Positions 57,146 to 64,000 of a DNA stretch of 64,000 nucleotides are shown piece by piece (position 1 is the first letter of the stretch; each line of letters opens with the position of its first letter). The position numbers were made by a program, and so were the translations under genes. Location of the stretch: NCBI GenBank assembly GCA_963807605.1, contig CAWECG010000003.1, forward strand, positions 544,001 to 608,000. Reading direction: 5' to 3'. The stretch is from Candidatus Bathyarchaeota archaeon (GTDB lineage: Archaea > Thermoproteota > Bathyarchaeia > 40CM-2-53-6 > RBG-13-38-9). The notes under the pieces are model-generated. The model searched no databases, was not told where the DNA came from, and saw nothing but the letters and a program-made list of their open reading frames with translations.

Positions 57146-57964
57146 ATGACATTGATTGGTATCTTATCCGACTTTGGATTAAGAGATTCTTATGTGGCGC
57201 AGATGAAAGCTGCGATCCTTACCATCTGCCCATCGGCGACAATCGTCGACATAAGTCATGAGGTTGAGAAATACAATATTCAACAAGGTATGTTTGTGTT
57301 GGCCTCCGCGGTTCCTTGCTTTCCAGCGGGGGCCATTTTCCTCGCAATAGTAGACCCCGGGGTAGGCGGGGCAAGAAGACCTCTGCTTTTCGAGACTCAA
57401 AAGAGCGAGCTAGTTGGCCCAGACAACGGTTTGCTTGCTCTTGCAGCGGAGAAGGAAGGGATCGTCAATGTCTACCATCTCACTAAATCTCAGTATTTTG
57501 CGGATAATATCTCATCGACCTTTCAAGGCAGAGATATCTTTGCGCATGTGGCAGGTCATCTTGCTAACGGTGTTTCACCATCCATGATGGGCCCCCAAAT
57601 TCATGACTATGTTCGATCTGGCTTCTCTTCACCGAAAATTAGAAAAAGTGAAATCCAAGGTGTGGTCGTTCACGTAGACAGTTTTGGAAATATTGTGACC
57701 AACATAGATGCCCGGCTTATGGAGCGTCAAAAAATGGCGTTCGGAAGCAGAATCAGACTAAGAATTGGAATTGGTGCAAGAGAGATCACTTACTGCAAGA
57801 CATACTCTGATGCTGGTCTAGGCGAGTTGTTGGCAACGATCGGTGGCCATGGTTTTCTTGAGTTAGCTGTGAATAAGGGTAGTGCCGCGCGACTGATTGC
57901 ATTGGATGTTGGAGATGCGATAATCATTCAGAGTGGGGGTTGTCAGTCCGCGAGAGCATCCTGA
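57146..57964 (+). CDS. SAM hydroxide adenosyltransferase (chlorinase/fluorinase, DUF62)
   Basis: SDFG..D.Y, VDPGVG..R, GPDNG, STF.GRD, D.FGN. Confidence 0.92.
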   Translation: MTLIGILSDFGLRDSYVAQMKAAILTICPSATIVDISHEVEKYNIQQGMFVLASAVPCFPAGAIFLAIVDPGVGGARRPLLFETQKSELVGPDNGLLALAAEKEGIVNVYHLTKSQYFADNISSTFQGRDIFAHVAGHLANGVSPSMMGPQIHDYVRSGFSSPKIRKSEIQGVVVHVDSFGNIVTNIDARLMERQKMAFGSRIRLRIGIGAREITYCKTYSDAGLGELLATIGGHGFLELAVNKGSAARLIALDVGDAIIIQSGGCQSARAS

Positions 57965-58457
57965 TCCTCTCTACACCATCTATAGAGTCTATGATCTTGC
58001 TTACGCTATCGGGAACTAATTCTTTCCAATTCTGGTTCATCAGGACTCTCCTTCTTATCTCCGTGGCTGAGTAGACTTCACGATCGAAGAATGGTATTTT
58101 CTCAACTCTGACCCCTGCTTCTTTGAAGAGTTGAGAGGTCAAAGGATCGTTGGAGAACACTAAGTCATATTTGTCGACGTATAACGAGACGTGAGCCACC
58201 CAGATCTTATGTACATTGACATCAGGCACGGCTGTAATCTGCACTCGATCGAGGCTGATCTTGGCTTCCTTCAACGCTTCTCGGATCATCAGGACGCGTT
58301 CCCCAGCTGTAAAGGGATTATTCTGAGTGTGACTGTACTGAGCGCTGCCGATAATTATAACAAGTTGATCTGTTCTCTGCAGGACCATCTCGACGACTTT
58401 AAGATGGCCAAGATGAAACGGCTGGAAACGTCCGACGTAGAGTCCCACGATGCCCAA
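57924..58457 (-). CDS. nadM: Nicotinamide-nucleotide adenylyltransferase
   Basis: GRFQPFHLGH, NPFTAGER, SATEIR. Confidence 0.95.
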   Translation of the reverse strand: MGIVGLYVGRFQPFHLGHLKVVEMVLQRTDQLVIIIGSAQYSHTQNNPFTAGERVLMIREALKEAKISLDRVQITAVPDVNVHKIWVAHVSLYVDKYDLVFSNDPLTSQLFKEAGVRVEKIPFFDREVYSATEIRRRVLMNQNWKELVPDSVSKIIDSIDGVERIRMLSRTDNPHSE

Positions 58458-58487
58458 GCTAAGACCTGCCGAAATGGTTGCTGCGCA

Positions 58488-59117
58488 TCAGAAGTATATA
58501 TTCCCTACCGCACCACTTATCGCTTTCCCCTTTGTATGACTGTGCCTAAAGTCGAACAGATAGTTCGATAACACCTTCTCGTCTTCAAATCTAACGCCTT
58601 CACTTTTCAGAATTCCGCGTTTGAGTTGACGCGCCCCCCTGTCTCCCAAACCTGGTATAGAGTAACCTCCGATCTCAAGGCTTGAGTAGACAATTCTGTG
58701 GCATGGAATCAAGAGAGGGTGCCTGTTCGAAGCTAACACTCTTCCGATGGCGCGATATCCCCTCTCGCATCCCAGAGCATGAGCAAGCCTTGAGTAGGTT
58801 GAGACTGTACCCCTAGGAATTCTAAGAAGCATCTTGTAGACGACCCGTTGGAAATCTGTAGCATAGGTCAGGTTGATCTTCGGAATCCGTTCAACATCTT
58901 CTCCACGGAAGAGCTTCCCAACAACCTCCAGTGCAGGATATCCCATTGAATCGTCGCGCTTAGCTTCAAAAGTCCGAGGGATATATCTGGCGATTTGTCT
59001 TAGAACAGTTTTCCTACTCGGTGAGAAGGTTACGGCAAATATCTCGCCGCCACGATTCAATACTACAGCAAGCCAGACACTACCGATTTCGCGCATTGAG
59101 AAGGTAATCAAATTCAT
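58488..59117 (-). CDS. ogt: O6-methylguanine-DNA methyltransferase
   Basis: IPRG...TY, RAIG, IPCHRIV. Confidence 0.92.
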   Translation of the reverse strand: MNLITFSMREIGSVWLAVVLNRGGEIFAVTFSPSRKTVLRQIARYIPRTFEAKRDDSMGYPALEVVGKLFRGEDVERIPKINLTYATDFQRVVYKMLLRIPRGTVSTYSRLAHALGCERGYRAIGRVLASNRHPLLIPCHRIVYSSLEIGGYSIPGLGDRGARQLKRGILKSEGVRFEDEKVLSNYLFDFRHSHTKGKAISGAVGNIYF

Positions 59118-59246
59118 GTACTTTGATACCTCTTGTCATCGAATTTTTCTTTTCTTCCTTTGTCTCAAAAGGTCATCAATATGTTACTCGAATGGCCTTC
59201 ACCCTAATGCTTAGTCTTTTCTATCTGTTATGTAATAGTCTCTATC

Positions 59247-59600
59247 ATGTTTTTTGACGTTACCATCTTCAAGCCAGATGCACGAAAGATATTTGATGCT
59301 GTTGTTCAAGGTTCCTTTGACGAGGCCCGTCATGCCCTAGGAGAATTATTTCCGAAGTATAGTGAGGTTGGAGGTGTTGCGTTTCTCGGGTATACGGAGA
59401 TAGTGAAGGCGTGGATTCATTGTTGTGAAAGAAACGCTGTTCCTCTGAAAGAACTTGATCAACTGAAGCTTATCAAACAATGCTTTGCTCTACCGGAGAA
59501 GACGCTTGAAAAAGAGATCAACGATTTTACCATTAGTGAAGATATAGCGATTCAACATCTACGTGAATTCATCTCTGATTATGAATCTACGAGGGCGTAA
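59247..59600 (+). CDS. Hypothetical protein
   Basis: ORF fills the gap between ogt and rtcA. Confidence 0.55.
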   Translation: MFFDVTIFKPDARKIFDAVVQGSFDEARHALGELFPKYSEVGGVAFLGYTEIVKAWIHCCERNAVPLKELDQLKLIKQCFALPEKTLEKEINDFTISEDIAIQHLREFISDYESTRA

Positions 59601-59691
59601 TGGTTTCAAAGACAACATATTGGCATCACATATTCTAGAAAGCCTTGTCGGACCTGTTGGGACAGTCAAAAATCTCGGAGGAAGAATACTC

Positions 59692-60825
59692 TTGATCGAG
59701 ATTCAAGGCGACATGCTTGAGGGCGGCGGCCAAATCCTCAGACTCTCCACAGCCATCTCAGCCGTAGCGAAGAAGCCGATAAGAATCGTCAACGTCAGGG
59801 CCAAGCGATCTCCTTCGGGATTAAGGGCACAACATCTGAACGCGGTGAAAGCGATAGGCCTCCTGACTGCAGCCAAGATTGAAGGCTTGAATATAGGATC
59901 ACACCAAATTACTTTTGAACCGGGCCCTACTCTGGGTGGAAGATTTGGGGTGGATGTTGGAACAGCAGGCTCAACAAGTCTTGTACTCCAAGCTCTGATG
60001 CCTGTAATGGCCTTTTCTCCAGAAAAGGTCTCCATGGAGATAACGGGTGGAACAAACAACCCGAAGGCTCCAGCCATAGAGTATCTCCAGAACATCCTTC
60101 TGCCGACTATAGGCAGGATGGGGTATCATGGTTCTATTGAGCTTGTGAGGCGGGGATTCTATCCGCGGGGGCAAGGGCTGGTGAGAGCCCACTCCGATTC
60201 GATAGAAGGCTTGCACCCAATCACGCTCACGGAATTCGGAAGTGTAACCAGGATATGGGGGGTCTCCTACAGTTGCAGACTCCCTAAACATATCGTCGAG
60301 AGGATGGCCAGGTCCGCACAAAAACGCTTGGCCCAAGAAGGATACGATGCAGCCGTAGAGTTTGATAGCTTGAAGGAGAACGATTCCAGATGCTCAGTCG
60401 ACCCGGGCTGCGGACTCATTCTCTTCGCCTCACTCTCTTCTGGGGGTCGACTCGGCGGTGATGCTTTGGGGCGACTAGGCAAACCCGCAGAGAAAGTGGG
60501 CGAAGAAGCTGCCTCAAGTCTCCTAGATAGTATTAGGAGGCTGGCACCTGTTGACAAGCATCTTGGCGATCAGTTAATCATCTACGCAAGCTTGGCAGAC
60601 GGGAAATCCAGGATCAGAATCTCTGAACTTACACTCCACACTCTTACCTGCATAGAGGTCTGCAAAATCCTTCTTGGCATAGGTTTTGATGTTGAAGGTA
60701 AACTCGGAGAAACAGCCGAGATATCATGCAACGGCTCCGGTCCAGCTGGCAATTCATGTGTCAACTATCGCGCTTCTGGTACATCCGCTTCCTCCATAGC
60801 ACCTCGCCGGTCTTCATATTCATGA
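59692..60825 (+). CDS. rtcA: RNA 3'-terminal phosphate cyclase
   Basis: EGGGQILR, GLRAQH, GFYPRG.G, VDKHLGDQL; probable TTG start at 59692. Confidence 0.93.
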   Translation: MIEIQGDMLEGGGQILRLSTAISAVAKKPIRIVNVRAKRSPSGLRAQHLNAVKAIGLLTAAKIEGLNIGSHQITFEPGPTLGGRFGVDVGTAGSTSLVLQALMPVMAFSPEKVSMEITGGTNNPKAPAIEYLQNILLPTIGRMGYHGSIELVRRGFYPRGQGLVRAHSDSIEGLHPITLTEFGSVTRIWGVSYSCRLPKHIVERMARSAQKRLAQEGYDAAVEFDSLKENDSRCSVDPGCGLILFASLSSGGRLGGDALGRLGKPAEKVGEEAASSLLDSIRRLAPVDKHLGDQLIIYASLADGKSRIRISELTLHTLTCIEVCKILLGIGFDVEGKLGETAEISCNGSGPAGNSCVNYRASGTSASSIAPRRSSYS

Positions 60826-60985
60826 GCATGGTTACTCTGTGCATTGGAATTATGATGTCCTGACCCTGTTCCTCATAGGTGAACCACGACTTGCCAACCT
60901 GCTTGACCATTGCAGCAGGTATAGTCTTCTCATCGGACGGTGCTCCTCGGTGGATGTAGGTTATCACATAGTCCATCTTGGACAC
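60761..60985 (-). CDS. DUF504 / RNA repair domain protein
   Basis: YIHRGAP..IPMHRV; true start likely further upstream. Confidence 0.8.
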   Translation of the reverse strand: MSKMDYVITYIHRGAPSDEKTIPAAMVKQVGKSWFTYEEQGQDIIIPMHRVTMLMNMKTGEVLWRKRMYQKRDS

Positions 60986-61121
60986 ACGAGAGTCCCAGAG
61001 AATCCTGTTGAAGATGTTCTTCAGAGGTAGGACGGGTTGAACCTCCTTTTTTCACGCCACATCATCAAACTTAAATGGTCGACCTAATAAGATGAATCGC
61101 ACTCTTCGCTGGTGCCAATCT

Positions 61122-61730
61122 ATGTCACAGACTATTCCTTACATCCCGGGGGCTACAACCATAGGGGTTGTCTATCGAGATGGCGTTATCCTCGCTTCTG
61201 AGAGAAGGGTCTCCTACGGATACTTTGTAATGAGCAAGACCGCCAAGAAGGTCTTCAAGATAACTGATACCATTGGTGCAGCCTTCGCTGGACTCGTTTC
61301 GGATATGCAAGTCCTGTCCAAAGAGACAGCAGCATACGCGAATATCTACACCTACGAGAAAGACCGACCGATCTCTGTGAGAGCTACTGCGAAATTGATG
61401 GGGAACTTGCTCTTCCAAAGGAGGATGCTGCCCTACATTACACAGACGATTGTCGCAGGGATCGATGAGGATGGCCCCACGCTCTATGTTCTCGACTTGC
61501 TTGGCTCAGTCATGCAGGACAAGTACGCTGTCGTTGGAAGCGGAACCGAGATCGCCATCGGTGTCATAGAGGAAGAGTACAAAGATAACATGAGCCTGGA
61601 CGAAGCGAGGGAACTCGTCGCAAGAGCTGTAAGAGCCGCGCTTGCAAGAGACTCCGGAAGCGGAGACGGCGTAGACCTTCTCATAATCACGAAGGCAGGA
61701 ACCAAAGAAGACACACTGAAGCTGACATAA
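61122..61730 (+). CDS. psmB: Proteasome beta subunit, non-catalytic type
   Basis: PGATTIG, GSG, RDSGSGD. Confidence 0.92.
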   Translation: MSQTIPYIPGATTIGVVYRDGVILASERRVSYGYFVMSKTAKKVFKITDTIGAAFAGLVSDMQVLSKETAAYANIYTYEKDRPISVRATAKLMGNLLFQRRMLPYITQTIVAGIDEDGPTLYVLDLLGSVMQDKYAVVGSGTEIAIGVIEEEYKDNMSLDEARELVARAVRAALARDSGSGDGVDLLIITKAGTKEDTLKLT

Positions 61731-61777
61731 GGCTGCGGTAATTCCTGTATTGAAGACTGTCGAGAACAGAGACTTTA

Positions 61778-62794
61778 ATGCTCCCAGAGATCACTCGCGA
61801 GATGATCGCCCAGTTTCACGCACATCACGACAGTATTGATCCCCGTTTAGTCAACCTTCTAAGAAGGCAAAAGTATCAGCTCGTAGGCAACCACTCAGCC
61901 GTCAAGAAGTGTCGATGGCTACACAAAAGCCTCGTAGAAGGCAAGGCGTGCTATAAGGCGAAGTTTTACGGGATCAAGTCTCATAGATGCCTTCAAATGA
62001 CCCCTTCAGCAGTCTGGTGCACGCAAAGATGCCTCTTCTGTTGGCGCCTACAGAATGGCGAGGCACATCTCTCCTGGAATAAATCTGCCACTCCAGTCTG
62101 GGATTCCCCAGACAAAATAGTGAATCTATCGATAAGCGCACAGAAGACTATCTTGAGCGGCTATAAGGGACAGATCTCATCTGGTAAGGTCAGGTCAGAG
62201 GTCTACGCAGAGGCGCTGCATCCCCGACATGCCGCGATAAGTCTGACTGGAGAGCCTACGATATACCCACATATCGATGGGCTTCTATCTGAGTATCACC
62301 ATGCAGGGCTCACCACCTTCCTGGTAACCAACGGAACAAGGCCCGAGATTCTGAGCAGTCTAGCCGAAGAGCCTACGCAACTCTACGTCTCACTGTCCGC
62401 ACCGAATCCTGAGAAGTATCAGGCAATATGCAGACCTGCCACAAAGAAATCTTGGTCGAAACTCTTGGAGAGTCTGGAGCTTATCAAGAGTTTCAGCTGC
62501 CCCACAGCTGTAAGAATTACTCTCGTTAAAAGCCTCAACCTCGAAGATTACGATGGCTACGCCAGACTGATCTCAAAGGCTGAACCTACATACATCGAAC
62601 CTAAGTCATACATGTACGTGGGCTATTCAAGGCAACGATTAGGGTTTCTGAATATGCCTACGCATCGTGAGATCTACGAATTCTCCTCAAGATTAGCCGA
62701 ATCGACTGGTTACAGCATCATTGACGAATCCGCTGAAAGCAGAGTCGTTTTGTTGAGCCGGCTGCAAAAACCGATAAAGGTATCATCGGACTGA
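61778..62794 (+). CDS. taw1: 4-demethylwyosine synthase (radical SAM)
   Basis: HSAVKKC.W, CYK.KFYGI.SHRC, CTQRCLFCWR, GEPT. Confidence 0.95.
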   Translation: MLPEITREMIAQFHAHHDSIDPRLVNLLRRQKYQLVGNHSAVKKCRWLHKSLVEGKACYKAKFYGIKSHRCLQMTPSAVWCTQRCLFCWRLQNGEAHLSWNKSATPVWDSPDKIVNLSISAQKTILSGYKGQISSGKVRSEVYAEALHPRHAAISLTGEPTIYPHIDGLLSEYHHAGLTTFLVTNGTRPEILSSLAEEPTQLYVSLSAPNPEKYQAICRPATKKSWSKLLESLELIKSFSCPTAVRITLVKSLNLEDYDGYARLISKAEPTYIEPKSYMYVGYSRQRLGFLNMPTHREIYEFSSRLAESTGYSIIDESAESRVVLLSRLQKPIKVSSD

Positions 62795-62815
62795 ATATTT
62801 GACAAAGGTGATCTG

Positions 62816-63454
62816 TTGCTGCAGAAGTCGGATATCAATATCATCCAGAAGGATCTGGCGATTTTGGATGTAGCAAGAGATGGTGTTTTTGACGTCTCAA
62901 GAATCGCAGTCAGGTTCTCAGGACGAGCTATAGTCGAATTGCACAGAGGTGATCTGAAGAAAGCCCATGAGTATCTTGGGAACGCCGCGTCAGCTCTCAA
63001 AGATCTCGAGAAGATGACAAGAAAAAAGGGAGGGCTCAGGCATTTGGCTAATGTGACTGTGGCCTACCAAGAATATGCTGAGGCCAAACTGCTCTACCAC
63101 ATGATGATCGACGAGAGGATTCTCTCACTAGACGAGGTGGGTGTTGAGATAGAAGCATATTTGCTAGGACTGCTGGATTTTATTGGGGAGCTGCGAAGAA
63201 TGTGCCTTAACTACCTGAGAGCCGGCCAAGTCTCCAAAGCTGAGTATTCACTAAAGGTGATGGAGGAGATATACGAGGACCTCTACTCAATAGACCATAC
63301 CGCCATAATACCTAACTTCAGACATAAGATGGATGGGGCCAGAAGAATCATAGAGACGACAAGAGGTGATGTTGTTACGGAAGTTCGAAGATTATCATTG
63401 GAGACCGCGCTGAAAAATTTCGAAGAGAAACTCTTGAAACGGATAAGGCCCTAA
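62816..63454 (+). CDS. Translin/TRAX-family protein
   Basis: QEYAEA, YLLGLLD.IGELRR, R.K.D..R. Confidence 0.88.
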   Translation: MLQKSDINIIQKDLAILDVARDGVFDVSRIAVRFSGRAIVELHRGDLKKAHEYLGNAASALKDLEKMTRKKGGLRHLANVTVAYQEYAEAKLLYHMMIDERILSLDEVGVEIEAYLLGLLDFIGELRRMCLNYLRAGQVSKAEYSLKVMEEIYEDLYSIDHTAIIPNFRHKMDGARRIIETTRGDVVTEVRRLSLETALKNFEEKLLKRIRP

Positions 63455-63470
63455 AGTGGATGTTCAGGGA

Positions 63471-64000
63471 CTAATCAAGCTCCTTCTTTCTGTAATTGGC
63501 AAGCTTGTCCGCGAGGTGAAGCGGTTCAGGGAACCGGTGTCCGCGAAGGCAATCAATTGTGATTTTCGCAGTTGACTTTAAGCTAACCATGTGTCCGGGC
63601 GAGGCGTATATCGGTTTACCTATCGCTGGCTTAATCGCCCAGCCTAGTACATCACCGTCAGCAAAGAGTGGCTCGGCCGCCCCAACCTCTGTTGGTAGAC
63701 GTTCGTAATGGCCATAGAGTCTAGATCCTGCGACTCCGATTGTCGGCTTTCCCAGCTGAACGCCCACGTGCGACGCGGATCCAAATCTCCTCGGATGAGC
63801 TGTCCCATGAGCATTGATCATGAAGATTTCAGGCTCGATGTCTAGACTATTGATCACCTTTGACATCGGCGGGCCTTCTCTGAACCAAAGGAAGCCAGGT
63901 CGATATGAAAAATCCAATTCGACTATGGTGGACTTCTGTTCAATGACCTCCATGTTCACATAGTTCAAGATGACGCATGCTGCTACCGCTCTGTCATCTG
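63471..64000 (-). CDS. nfi: Endonuclease V (5' end outside window)
   Basis: Y.PG.L.FRE, HG.AHPRR.G.ASH.G, SPGH, PEPL..AD. Confidence 0.9.
   Translation of the reverse strand, partial: DDRAVAACVILNYVNMEVIEQKSTIVELDFSYRPGFLWFREGPPMSKVINSLDIEPEIFMINAHGTAHPRRFGSASHVGVQLGKPTIGVAGSRLYGHYERLPTEVGAAEPLFADGDVLGWAIKPAIGKPIYASPGHMVSLKSTAKITIDCLRGHRFPEPLHLADKLANYRKKELD

Noticed and set aside
1-64000. CRISPR array or cas genes
   Set aside because: No regularly spaced repeat-spacer array and no cas-like ORF; the 23-bp repeats are few and dispersed

Overview
Archaeal chromosomal DNA, probably Bathyarchaeia or a related TACK lineage (inferred from the gene set, the non-canonical tRNA intron, the integrase type and the corrinoid methyltransferase genes). 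The window has two parts. (1) Positions 1 to ~46,400 are a mosaic accessory island ending at a truncated tyrosine integrase and an intron-containing tRNA-Val(GAC). It consists of small 1-4 gene modules (metal, redox and cofactor homeostasis, ABC exporters, P-type ATPases, methyltransferases, surface proteins, an AbiE-like TA pair) and many gene relics. Most module boundaries carry a short alternating purine-pyrimidine core, typically (CG)3.5-4. At least six truncated genes break exactly at such a core, and one duplicated gene is flanked by cores in both copies. This suggests an undescribed cassette-shuffling or recombination system using GCGCGC-type sites. The island also holds tRNA-3'-end (att-like) scars from at least three tRNA types, a 23-bp repeat family and a candidate DUF134 operator. 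(2) Positions ~46,600-64,000 are ordinary core genes (rpl37e, Lsm, PUA, aCPSF1, two psmB, FKBP, Hef, corrinoid/methyltransferase pair, nadM, ogt, rtcA, taw1, translin, endonuclease V). All calls were made by eye; no searches were run.
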